Shown: positions 9,455 through 18,166 of the stretch, piece after piece | Layout of the letters: every line of letters starts with the position of its first letter | Numbering within the stretch: position 1 is the first letter of the stretch | IMG/VR virus record: IMGVR_UViG_3300042516_003452 | Location: 1-64,000 of that record | From: a virus | Length of the DNA: 64,000 bases | Reading direction: 5' to 3' (one strand) | Notes under the pieces: generated by a model | What the model saw: only the letters and a program-made list of their open reading frames with translations | What the model was told of the DNA's origin: nothing | Database searches by the model: none | Program-made: the position numbers and the translations under genes

Positions 9455-10138
9455 TCAGCTCAGCCCTGCACCACCGATTACAAACTCAGTCCCTGCGGAC
9501 CCTGAAACACATAATACAGTGGCCAAACCTCGTTGTGCCAAGGTTCGATTACCTGTTCCTGATGCACCTGCTTGACGCAAAGTAACGTTTGTACCTTGGG
9601 TAATGGTGATGTTGCCTGTGGTGTTGTTGTAGATGCTGATTGCATCGCCAACTGAGAACACACCAGAAGGAACAGTAACTCCTGTTACGGTGAATACATG
9701 CTTACCAGCGTCTGCCGCAACAAGTGTATAACCGGTTGTTTGTGAGTTTTGAGGAATTGCTCGGACGTTACCTTTATTGTCATTGACGTTTGCACCGGTA
9801 ACTGTAGTTCCAGAAACAGTTACGAACTGAGCAGTCGTGCCGGTAACCGTGGTACCTGTAACAGTGGTAAAGCCAGCAGCGCCACCGGTTACATTTGTGA
9901 ACTGAGCTGTATTACCGCTGATTGTTGTACCACTAAGAGTCGTGGTAAAAATACCAGTAACCGCAGTAATTGTGGTGAAATTACCAGTATTGCCGGTAAT
10001 AGTTGCACCAGAAATCGTACCAGTCGTCGAGATATTTACAAAACCTGCACCTGCAGCTAGTCCACTGACCGTTGTGGTCGCGTCTACACCGCCATTGGTG
10101 TAGGTAATAGTATCAACTTTTAGGGTTCCGTATGGCAT
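9455..10138 (-). CDS. Tail fibre protein
   Basis: T/G-rich repeats; IPQNSQT..YTLVAADAGKH domain. Confidence 0.7.
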   Translation of the reverse strand: MPYGTLKVDTITYTNGGVDATTTVSGLAAGAGFVNISTTGTISGATITGNTGNFTTITAVTGIFTTTLSGTTISGNTAQFTNVTGGAAGFTTVTGTTVTGTTAQFVTVSGTTVTGANVNDNKGNVRAIPQNSQTTGYTLVAADAGKHVFTVTGVTVPSGVFSVGDAISIYNNTTGNITITQGTNVTLRQAGASGTGNRTLAQRGLATVLCVSGSAGTEFVIGGAGLS

Positions 10139-10181
10139 TTCCTGTTCCTAACGTTGCCTTACTGTCTATTTTAAGTTAATT

Positions 10182-12665
10182 CTACACAAGGATAGCCCAA
10201 CGCGAACCATCTGGAACATCGACTGTAAAACTATCTTGAATTTCAACTGGACCTTGGCTTAAACCGTTGTATCCAGTGGTAATACCAAAGTTCACATCAA
10301 TGACAATTTTGCTTTGCATAATTGTCGTGATTGAACTTCCACCGCCCCCACTTTGAACAACCCAAGATGTTGTGCCGTTTCCATTGGTCTGTAAAACAAA
10401 TCCTGCAGTACCAACAGTGGTAGGGAATGAGAACAGGCCACGAGGGCGAACATCACCGGAGCCAGTGACAAATGTGGTGCCACCAGCAACGAACTGACTA
10501 CCAGAAGCAACAACAAAAACACCGGTTGTTGCTTGGACCACATCACCGGTAATAGTTGCCCCGGATACCTGGGACGTAAAGACGCCACTGATCCCGGTAA
10601 TTGCACTAACTCTGGTAACCTCACCTGTAATCGTGGATCCAGACAGCGTTACAAAATTGGCTGTAGTCCCAGTGACAGTCGTGCCTGTGACTGTAGTGAA
10701 TCCTGCGGTGTTACCAGTGATGGTTCCGAATTGGCCCGCATTGCCGGTAACGGTTGCACCCGAAAGATAAGTGAAATACCCACTGGTTACAGTGAGATCG
10801 CCAAAAGTTCCACTGATTCCCTGAACAGTCGCGCCAGAGACGTTAAAACCTGTGATGTTTGTAGCATTAACGTTGGCAAAGTTCGCCGTCGTTCCGGTGA
10901 CAGTCGTGCCGGTAACCGTCGTGAAACCAGCGGTGCCACCTGTTAACGTCGTGAATTGAGCAATGTTTCCGGTAACGGTTGCACCAGAAATAGTTGTGGT
11001 GCCGATCAGGGTTGATCCAGTAACCGTTGTTGCCTGGACCGCTGTCCCAGTGATGGTGGTGCCACTGAGAGTACCTGTAATTTGAACACCAGAACTAAAG
11101 TAACCAGACCCTTGAACAATCAGGTTTCCGGATACCGTCAGGTTCCCAGTAACGGTATGAGACGAAGCAACAAGAGTATCAAAGATACCAGTCGTGAATT
11201 GAGCCGTTGTACCGGTAACAGTTTGACCAGAAACTCGTGTTGTAAAGACACCGCTGACAAAGTTTGCAGTTGTACCGGTAATTGTCGTACCAGTAACTGT
11301 GGTAAATCCTGCAGTGTTACCCGTTAAAGTTCCAAAGACACCAGCGTTACCAGAAATGGACGCACCAGAAACACTGGTAGTACCGATAACGTTGACACCT
11401 GTTATAACAGATGCCTCTGCACTAAGGAAGCGTGCGTACTGACCGGTGATATTCAGGCCAGAAACCTGAGTACTGAAAACACCGCTAACAGCGTTAACAA
11501 ACGTACCGGTAATCGTGGTGCCAGTGACTGATGTGAAGGCACCCGCTGTTCCCGTAATTTGAACACCGCTGACTGTACCGGTTACGTTAATACCAGAACT
11601 GAAGTAACCAGAGCCACGAACCAGTAGATCACTGTTGACAATGGCGTTGCCAGTAACCGTGATGTTTTGGCGAACAATACCGGTTGTGAAGAACGCGGTA
11701 ATTGCGTTAAGCGTTGTAAAGTTTCCGGTTTCACCAGTGACTGTTTGACCAGTGATATTAGTGAAGCTTGCACCATGGCCTGTTACGGTCGTAAATTGAC
11801 CAACGTCACCAGTAACAATGGCGCCAGAAACTCGCGTTGTTCCAACAACAATAGAACCAGTGATATTTGTAAATTGAGCAGTAGCACCTGTAATGGTGGT
11901 GCCGCTTAAGGTACCCGTGATTTGAACACCGGAACTAAAGTAACCAGAACCACGTACGATCAGATCACCACTAATAATCGAGTTACCAGTGATCGTGTGG
12001 CTTCCAGCGTTTAAGGTCTGGAAATTACCAGTGGTGAAATTAGCTGTTGTACCTGTGACCGTAACACCAGAAAGAATCGTGGTGTAAATACCACTCGCAC
12101 CGGTAACCGTCCTAAAGAGACCAAAGTCACCGCTAAGGGTGCCGGCATTGAGGCGGTCACTGATTGTACTGTTTGCGCCGAGTAGGTTAGTAAACGCTCC
12201 CGTAACACCGGTAACGGTTAAGCCAGAAACCCGTGAAGTAAAGACACCGGAAACACCGGTAATGTTTGTCGCAGAAAAACTTGTAGTTGTAAGGTTCTGA
12301 GCCGTTACATTTGTTGCGTTAACGTTCGTGCCAGTAATTGTGGTACCACTAAACGTACCTGTAACTTGCGTCGTACCAGAGACGTAGAGGCTTCCGGCGT
12401 TAACAACGTAAGTAATGTCAAGACCGGATGCTGTGACTTGGTCTTGAACTGTGAGATTATCTTGGATAATTACGGATCCACTGATCGTTCCGCCAGTGCG
12501 CGGAAGATAATAGATATTCAGGTACGCCTTGGTACCAGAAATTGTCAGCTTCTTATTCTTAAGCGCGGGGTCAACTTCACCGACATCAACAACCGTCAGA
12601 AGGTCGGCATCAGCCAAACTAATGCCGGCCAGCTCCTGAAGCTCAGATATCCTTCTGTTAGCCAC
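10182..12665 (-). CDS. Long tail fibre/shaft protein with TVTG repeats
   Basis: MANRRISEL N-terminus; periodic FTTVTGTTVTG repeats. Confidence 0.75.
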   Translation of the reverse strand: MANRRISELQELAGISLADADLLTVVDVGEVDPALKNKKLTISGTKAYLNIYYLPRTGGTISGSVIIQDNLTVQDQVTASGLDITYVVNAGSLYVSGTTQVTGTFSGTTITGTNVNATNVTAQNLTTTSFSATNITGVSGVFTSRVSGLTVTGVTGAFTNLLGANSTISDRLNAGTLSGDFGLFRTVTGASGIYTTILSGVTVTGTTANFTTGNFQTLNAGSHTITGNSIISGDLIVRGSGYFSSGVQITGTLSGTTITGATAQFTNITGSIVVGTTRVSGAIVTGDVGQFTTVTGHGASFTNITGQTVTGETGNFTTLNAITAFFTTGIVRQNITVTGNAIVNSDLLVRGSGYFSSGINVTGTVSGVQITGTAGAFTSVTGTTITGTFVNAVSGVFSTQVSGLNITGQYARFLSAEASVITGVNVIGTTSVSGASISGNAGVFGTLTGNTAGFTTVTGTTITGTTANFVSGVFTTRVSGQTVTGTTAQFTTGIFDTLVASSHTVTGNLTVSGNLIVQGSGYFSSGVQITGTLSGTTITGTAVQATTVTGSTLIGTTTISGATVTGNIAQFTTLTGGTAGFTTVTGTTVTGTTANFANVNATNITGFNVSGATVQGISGTFGDLTVTSGYFTYLSGATVTGNAGQFGTITGNTAGFTTVTGTTVTGTTANFVTLSGSTITGEVTRVSAITGISGVFTSQVSGATITGDVVQATTGVFVVASGSQFVAGGTTFVTGSGDVRPRGLFSFPTTVGTAGFVLQTNGNGTTSWVVQSGGGGSSITTIMQSKIVIDVNFGITTGYNGLSQGPVEIQDSFTVDVPDGSRWAILV

Positions 12666-12718
12666 CTATTAAATCACTAAAACCCCATAAAATGAATTAT
12701 AGTCGCAGTGTGTTTAAC

Positions 12719-13081
12719 CTACCGGGCCTTGATTTCGATGCGCGGTAGATGGTTAGACGCAAAACTCCAGGCTCCCTGGATGCCTACAACAAGGCCGCAA
12801 GAGATGGCAAACACCACAATTAACTCCGCCACCGTCAGGTTGCGGCGCAGGTAAACAACCTGAGGTTGAGGTGGAGCAAAACTCGGCATTGGCATACGAG
12901 GTGCCACGGGAATTTCTTCTTGGGCTATCTGCTGCTGTTGCTGCTGAAGCAAAGTCATTCGCACTGCTTCCTCCCGAGCACGAGCCTTCATGGCCTCAAG
13001 CATTTCCGGTGTAATGCCAGGGGGAATTGCGGGTGGCTCAATCGCCTGAGGTGGAGTACTGGAAGGAATTTGCTCTTCCAT
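12719..13081 (-). CDS. Hypothetical protein with C-terminal TM helix
   Basis: Pro/Gln-rich, then hydrophobic LIVVFAISCGLVVGI. Confidence 0.6.
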   Translation of the reverse strand: MEEQIPSSTPPQAIEPPAIPPGITPEMLEAMKARAREEAVRMTLLQQQQQQIAQEEIPVAPRMPMPSFAPPQPQVVYLRRNLTVAELIVVFAISCGLVVGIQGAWSFASNHLPRIEIKAR

Positions 13082-13135
13082 AACGGTGCAAAAGATTTGC
13101 ACATACACTAGCATCTACGCAAAAGGTTTGCTGAC

Positions 13136-13558
13136 ATGAAATACGGATTACGTAAAGGATTAGAGGACGTTGCTTTTGAACTGAAAGGGATACGAAACGT
13201 CCTTAGTTCCATGTGGCACAGTCGCTATTCCACGGGTGAGACCGATGCCCTAAACCCTGAGGCGTACGCAGATGAGTACATCACTACTGAGGAGTGTGGA
13301 CGCAGGCTTGGGGTATCGGATCAAACCATTCGCAACTGGATTGCTATCGGTAAACGAACCCCTGAAAAGGGCTGGGTAGAGGGCATCCATTTTGTCAACG
13401 TCTCGCCTGATCCGGCCCGTAAGGCAATGCTCAGGATTCCCTGGAACCAACTGGTCCAGTCCTTCTCTAAGACTAAGAAACTGGAATCGTCTGATCTACG
13501 TGGCAAGGGAGACCGGACTTCGACCATGTACACGATTGATCGAGGGTTTTTAGAATAA
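13136..13558 (+). CDS. Helix-turn-helix DNA-binding protein (excisionase/MerR-like)
   Basis: ITTEECGRRLGVSDQTIRNWI...WVEGIHF. Confidence 0.75.
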   Translation: MKYGLRKGLEDVAFELKGIRNVLSSMWHSRYSTGETDALNPEAYADEYITTEECGRRLGVSDQTIRNWIAIGKRTPEKGWVEGIHFVNVSPDPARKAMLRIPWNQLVQSFSKTKKLESSDLRGKGDRTSTMYTIDRGFLE

Positions 13559-14034
13559 TGGCCCATCGATTTCGAGACGTTGATATTGATTCTGTAACGA
13601 TTGAGAACCACGTTCAGTTGTTGCCTGAATCCCTGGTCAACCAGGTGGAGATGTTCTTGCCTCCTGAGGGTTCATTTGATGATGATTGCCTCAAGCGGTA
13701 CCTGGAAAACTTAAAAAACTATGAAGAAGAAGATGCTAATTCAGGCATGACTCTTGCCAATCGATTGCGTCTTGCTTTCCAGGATCTGCAACCGGATACG
13801 ATCTGCGGGAAATTCCCGCAAGCAGAACTTCCTTTGAAACGTCGGCTACGGTGTGTGGCTGAATATCTGATACGCTCGGGAGAATTTGATAAAGTACGTG
13901 ATGAAAACGGCAAGCTTGTCAAAAAACGTGGTGTGCTTGGCAAATTAGTTGTCTTGTACCAGCCCACTGACAAATTACTTGAATCCCTACTGCGCCAAGG
14001 ATTGATCGAGAAATGCAACGACGTGAAAAATTGA
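13558..14034 (+). CDS. Hypothetical protein
   Basis: Coupled ORF (TAATG). Confidence 0.65.
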   Translation: MAHRFRDVDIDSVTIENHVQLLPESLVNQVEMFLPPEGSFDDDCLKRYLENLKNYEEEDANSGMTLANRLRLAFQDLQPDTICGKFPQAELPLKRRLRCVAEYLIRSGEFDKVRDENGKLVKKRGVLGKLVVLYQPTDKLLESLLRQGLIEKCNDVKN

Positions 14035-14399
14035 TCGCTTCGGTGATTGGTCCTGAGCTGGACGAAACAAAAGCAAAGATGCTCGATGCCACCATCAAGT
14101 TGATCCTTGGTGACATGGGAGAGCAGTACTGCAAGATGTGGGAGATCGAAGGTCCTGGCGTCATGGTGTTCCAGCCTGAAAATAAAGAACGCTCCATGTT
14201 CTTCTGGACCCTTAAAGAAATCCACGCTGCACAAGAAGATTGCGAGCGCAGTAATGACGGAGACCTGGCCGAGACGTTTAGGCGTATTCTTTCAGCTGCT
14301 CAAAAAATTGACCCTGTGGAAAAAGCAGGGTATGTCATCAACGATAAGGAAGGCATTCGCTATATGGAGATTGATTACAACCAGGCTTCTGAAAAATGA
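14013..14399 (+). CDS. Hypothetical protein
   Basis: Operon position, 128 aa. Confidence 0.6.
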   Translation: MQRREKLIASVIGPELDETKAKMLDATIKLILGDMGEQYCKMWEIEGPGVMVFQPENKERSMFFWTLKEIHAAQEDCERSNDGDLAETFRRILSAAQKIDPVEKAGYVINDKEGIRYMEIDYNQASEK

Positions 14400-14992
14400 A
14401 ACAACAAGGCGTTCGCTCCATTTCTGCTCGCAGTGAAGATGCTGAATTGATCACGAACTCAGACTTGATCGTGGCGGCTAATGAGCTGATGGATGGTATT
14501 GAGCTGGATGTTGCTAGTAGCAAGAAAGCAAACAGTTACGTCCAGGCTCCTAACTTCTTTACGCCATCGGATGATGGACTGAACGCCCAACAGTGGTACG
14601 GAAATGTTTACTTGTTTCCTCCAGCGGGTGCATACTTTTGGGACAAGAAGAACGAAAGGTGGAAGATGACACGGGCTTCCTCCCCATCACTTACTTCATC
14701 CCATGCAGTGTGGTTCCGTAAGCTTTACCACGCCTGGCTGGCGAAGGAGATTAGGCAGGGCTTGTATTTCAGCAACTGTCCTGACATGATTCGATACGAA
14801 CCCAAGATCTTTAGTTTCCCTGTGTGCATCCTGCGTTCAGCGCCTAAGTTGTTGCGCATTACAAGTCAAGGAGAAAAGATGCAGCGTACGTGCACCTCCT
14901 TAATTGTCTACTTGCCGCCTACGGATCATTCGGATGATGCTGTCCAACGATTCGTAGACATCTATACGGAACGCGGGCATATTCTCGCTTAA
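14396..14992 (+). CDS. Phage Dam-like N6-adenine methyltransferase homologue with altered catalytic motif
   Basis: ELDVASS..A..FFT..DDGL..QWYGNVYLFPP; FPPA replaces NPPY. Confidence 0.65.
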   Translation: MKQQGVRSISARSEDAELITNSDLIVAANELMDGIELDVASSKKANSYVQAPNFFTPSDDGLNAQQWYGNVYLFPPAGAYFWDKKNERWKMTRASSPSLTSSHAVWFRKLYHAWLAKEIRQGLYFSNCPDMIRYEPKIFSFPVCILRSAPKLLRITSQGEKMQRTCTSLIVYLPPTDHSDDAVQRFVDIYTERGHILA

Positions 14993-15025
14993 GTTCCGTA
15001 TACTGAAGAACGATTACAAGGGACC

Positions 15026-15613
15026 ATGAGCGTTCTTGCCGACTGGGAAATCAAGCATCTGGCTGAAAACGAAGAAATGATCGAACCTTTTGTCGATCAT
15101 TTGGTCAGCAAAGAAGATGGTCGCAAGTTGCTGAGCTATGGCCTGAGTTCTTACGGGTATGACATTCGCTTGTCCCCCAAGCAATGCCTGATTTTTGGCA
15201 AGGTGCAGGCAGGTGATTGCGATCCAAAAGACTTTGATCCCGACATCCTGAAGCCTGCCGATCTTCTGGAGGATGAGCGTGGTCAATACTTTCTGCTTCC
15301 TCCGTACGGCTATTGCCTAGGTGTAGCGCAAGAACGTCTGAAGCTCCCCAGGGATGTCACTGTCGTTGCTGTAGGCAAGTCCACCTATGCACGCTCAGGC
15401 ATCCTGGTGAATATCACGCCAGCTGAAAGTGGTTGGGAAGGTTATCTAACGCTGGAGATCAGTAACTGCACTGGGCTCTTCAATCGGATCTACGCCAATG
15501 AAGGGATCACACAACTTCTTTTCTATCGCGGTAATCCGTGCCACGTCACTTACCAAGATCGCAAAGGCAAGTACCAGGATCAACCCAATAACGTGGTGTT
15601 CTCCCAGGTCTGA
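15026..15613 (+). CDS. dcd: dCTP deaminase
   Basis: SYGLSSYGYDIRL, GKSTYARSG, GWEGYLTLE, YANEGI.Q, YQDRKGKYQ. Confidence 0.95.
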   Translation: MSVLADWEIKHLAENEEMIEPFVDHLVSKEDGRKLLSYGLSSYGYDIRLSPKQCLIFGKVQAGDCDPKDFDPDILKPADLLEDERGQYFLLPPYGYCLGVAQERLKLPRDVTVVAVGKSTYARSGILVNITPAESGWEGYLTLEISNCTGLFNRIYANEGITQLLFYRGNPCHVTYQDRKGKYQDQPNNVVFSQV

Positions 15614-16006
15614 TCAACCGAAAGCGTCTTGCCAGCTGTAAGACATACCTGAGCGTGGCTGGGGTTTGCCGGCATAGCCTACAGCCCCAGTTCTCCCACC
15701 AGAATCGCCTGTAGTTGGTAGTGCCACACCATTGATGGCTGCTGGAACACGAGGTGTACGGCCACGAATTGTTGGTTCGTCAATCGAAGCCCGTTGCCTG
15801 TAGGCGCCAGCGCTCCTGGCTGCACGCATGAACTTACCGACCCTGTTCTGATCGTCGTTTAAAGACTCAGCACCTAAACGTTCGTCTTCCTGAAGTCGAC
15901 GTAGATCAGTGTCATACGCCTTTTCAGGATGTAGATCCGATACCTCAACGCCTGAACTACCAGAGTCCTGACGGGGATCGTAAGTTGGTTCAAAAAATCT
16001 TGCCAT
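15614..16006 (-). CDS. Hypothetical protein (possibly leaderless mRNA)
   Basis: TACAAT 6 nt upstream of ATG. Confidence 0.6.
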   Translation of the reverse strand: MARFFEPTYDPRQDSGSSGVEVSDLHPEKAYDTDLRRLQEDERLGAESLNDDQNRVGKFMRAARSAGAYRQRASIDEPTIRGRTPRVPAAINGVALPTTGDSGGRTGAVGYAGKPQPRSGMSYSWQDAFG

Positions 16007-16046
16007 AGTATCATTGTAAAAGGACTGAATCAGAAATTTAAATACA

Positions 16047-16391
16047 ATGAACCACGCAGCTGCATTCCTCGATGCGTTTGTTCAAGACGAGGTTATGTGT
16101 CGGTGTCTTGACGAAGAAGACTTCGGTCAACCTCTCGCTAACGAAGAAAATGATGTACCCTTGTATGACATGTACAACAGGGGTTTAGTTGCATGCGAAC
16201 AAGGACTCGAACGGAATCCGTTATTCTTGGAGGGGATGAAGCGTCCGGGAGTGACCGGATTGATTCCTTCGATGGAAGAGGGATTGGCAATGGGAGCTTC
16301 TCCGAAGCCCCGGTCTTTAGTTTTGGAACTGGAGGAACCGGACGAGCAGGAGAAGATGTTGTCAGCAAAACGTCTTGGTTTGCTCCGGTAG
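16047..16391 (+). CDS. Hypothetical protein
   Basis: 114-aa acidic ORF. Confidence 0.55.
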   Translation: MNHAAAFLDAFVQDEVMCRCLDEEDFGQPLANEENDVPLYDMYNRGLVACEQGLERNPLFLEGMKRPGVTGLIPSMEEGLAMGASPKPRSLVLELEEPDEQEKMLSAKRLGLLR

Positions 16392-16687
16392 ACGAAATTA
16401 GTGAGTGCCCAGGTGGGGTTTGTCCTGTTCCCTGGGCCACTAAAGAAGAGTCTCCCGTGATCCAGGGAGACGTAGTCAATCATCCGTCTCATTACACCGA
16501 TGGTGCAATCGAGTGTATTGAAGGAATTGAAGCTCAGCAGACCCTTGAAGAATTTCGTGGTTATCTCAAGGGTAATATCGTCAAGTACCTTTGGCGTGAG
16601 CGTCACAAAGGTGGGCTTGAATCACTGAAAAAGGCCCAGTGGTATCTGGACCGTCTCATCCAGCTTGACGAAGCTCAGAACGGCTGA
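16193..16687 (+). CDS. DUF3310 / T7 gp1.7-like nucleotide kinase domain protein
   Basis: DVVNHPSHYT..IECIE, GYLKGNIVKYLWR..HKGG.E.LKKAQWYL; start uncertain. Confidence 0.8.
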   Translation: MRTRTRTESVILGGDEASGSDRIDSFDGRGIGNGSFSEAPVFSFGTGGTGRAGEDVVSKTSWFAPVDEISECPGGVCPVPWATKEESPVIQGDVVNHPSHYTDGAIECIEGIEAQQTLEEFRGYLKGNIVKYLWRERHKGGLESLKKAQWYLDRLIQLDEAQNG

Positions 16688-16983
16688 AAATCTTCTTCTT
16701 CGTCGTCGTCCTCGTCGTCGCCTTGAATACAGGCGGCGGCGAGTTCTGCTAATTCAAGATCAGTCGGCCAGTCCATATCCAGCTCAATGTTTTCACCTGC
16801 CATGATGTCCTTGATGGCGTGCCATTCCATCAGGCGTTGGTGATAGAGATTCAGAAGAGCTGAGTACAGTTCTTCCCATGTCATCTCTTGGGCCTGGAGT
16901 TCTGCTTTCCGCATGGCGAATTGCAGTTCAAGTGGCAGTTCAAACTCCCGTGGTTCTACCGATCGCTCCATGCCACTTTGCAT
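16675..16983 (-). CDS. nblA: NblA-like phycobilisome degradation adaptor with acidic tail
   Basis: ELPLELQFAMRKAELQAQEMTWEELYSALLNLYHQ fits NblA pattern L.LE.QF..R...M...L..LY.Q. Confidence 0.7.
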   Translation of the reverse strand: MQSGMERSVEPREFELPLELQFAMRKAELQAQEMTWEELYSALLNLYHQRLMEWHAIKDIMAGENIELDMDWPTDLELAELAAACIQGDDEDDDEEEDFQPF

Positions 16984-17001
16984 CGACTCATAGCAATTAT
17001 T

Positions 17002-17667
17002 CTAATGGTAGCTGCTAAACAGCAAATCGATATCGTCTGTGTCGTAAGTCGACCAGGGATCCTCATCGATATCAAAGTCGTTCGCGAATTTGGATAGGAC
17101 GTACGGATTGACATTTTCCTCCAGTGCACGGATGGCGCGCACCTGGTGAGGAGCAGCGGTGTAATTACGAAAAGCAGTCAGGAGGACTTGGGTCGAGGCC
17201 CAAGGGTTTGCATTGATCTCAGTCAGGAACAGACTAATTTCCTCTCGCCTGCGGTCCACAAGGGTACCAATGACGTTGTGGTTTTGATCAAAGATCCAGC
17301 GTCCAAGTTCTCCAGTGGCAGCACAGAAGTCTTCGTGTTCGATGTTGTCGATCACGCTGCTGTACAAAAAAGGATCCCAACCGATGGAATGAATAAATGA
17401 AATTAAAGCCTGACGCATGTGTGTATCAAGCCCCAGGTTCAGTTTGACCAGCTGGGTGTCAATGATGGAAACTTCGTGAAAAAGGTATTCCAGTGCCTTC
17501 TCCTTGGTACAGCACTGGCCTCTTTTGACGGGAGAACCATCGGGGTAGAACTGAGTTCCAAACCCGATGGTATAAGGTTCTCCGCCTGTGGTCGGATCAG
17601 GGTATGCCTTTTCGTTGAACCCTTCGTATTTACGAATCAGGTTAATCGCATGCGAAAGATCCGACAT
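17002..17667 (-). CDS. GH24-like phage lysozyme
   Basis: LIRKYEGF..KAYPDP.TGGEPYTIGFG, ALISF, LVDRRREE. Confidence 0.8.
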   Translation of the reverse strand: MSDLSHAINLIRKYEGFNEKAYPDPTTGGEPYTIGFGTQFYPDGSPVKRGQCCTKEKALEYLFHEVSIIDTQLVKLNLGLDTHMRQALISFIHSIGWDPFLYSSVIDNIEHEDFCAATGELGRWIFDQNHNVIGTLVDRRREEISLFLTEINANPWASTQVLLTAFRNYTAAPHQVRAIRALEENVNPYVLSKFANDFDIDEDPWSTYDTDDIDLLFSSYH

Positions 17668-17703
17668 GAGGGTAACTATTATTACCCTCAATATACATAA
17701 CTT

Positions 17704-17826
17704 TTACTTGCCTTGGCCACGAGACAATTTACGTCCGTGGTTAGGACGAGAATGTTTCCCGTCACCTTGACGTGTCTTCTTAGGCTTGGACTCGATCTGA
17801 ATGGTGCTGGACTTGGGTTTTGCCAT
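17704..17826 (-). CDS. Small basic protein (40 aa)
   Basis: MAKPK...PKKTRQGDGKHSR...RGQGK. Confidence 0.6.
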   Translation of the reverse strand: MAKPKSSTIQIESKPKKTRQGDGKHSRPNHGRKLSRGQGK

Positions 17827-17863
17827 GCTGGTAGGTAATCAGCCTACGTAGTTTAGCGGGAAA

Positions 17864-18166
17864 TCACCATTTCGTTTTATGGCTCCAGTATCTTGCTGAC
17901 ATTTTGTCAGGATTGGGGTCTTGGGCGTTGTGCCGTGCGTAATAAGACTTCTTCCGTGCTTTATCTTTCTCAGTCTTGGGGTTCTTGCCAGCACCTTCTA
18001 CGCCTTGTTGACCAAAGCGAATGATCTTTTCTTCTCCTCCTTCACAAGCTTTGACGACGTGAGACTTGGTTGGGTGGCCAGGAGTCTTCTGTGGCTTGTT
18101 ACAAGCCATCTTGTCCTTAGCAATCTTGGCTGCACCAGCAGCTTTACGGTGTTTCTCAGCCATCAA
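17864..18166 (-). CDS. Basic conserved phage protein
   Basis: KIIRFGQQG..ARKKSYYARH..SARYWS. Confidence 0.7.
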   Translation of the reverse strand: MMAEKHRKAAGAAKIAKDKMACNKPQKTPGHPTKSHVVKACEGGEEKIIRFGQQGVEGAGKNPKTEKDKARKKSYYARHNAQDPNPDKMSARYWSHKTKW

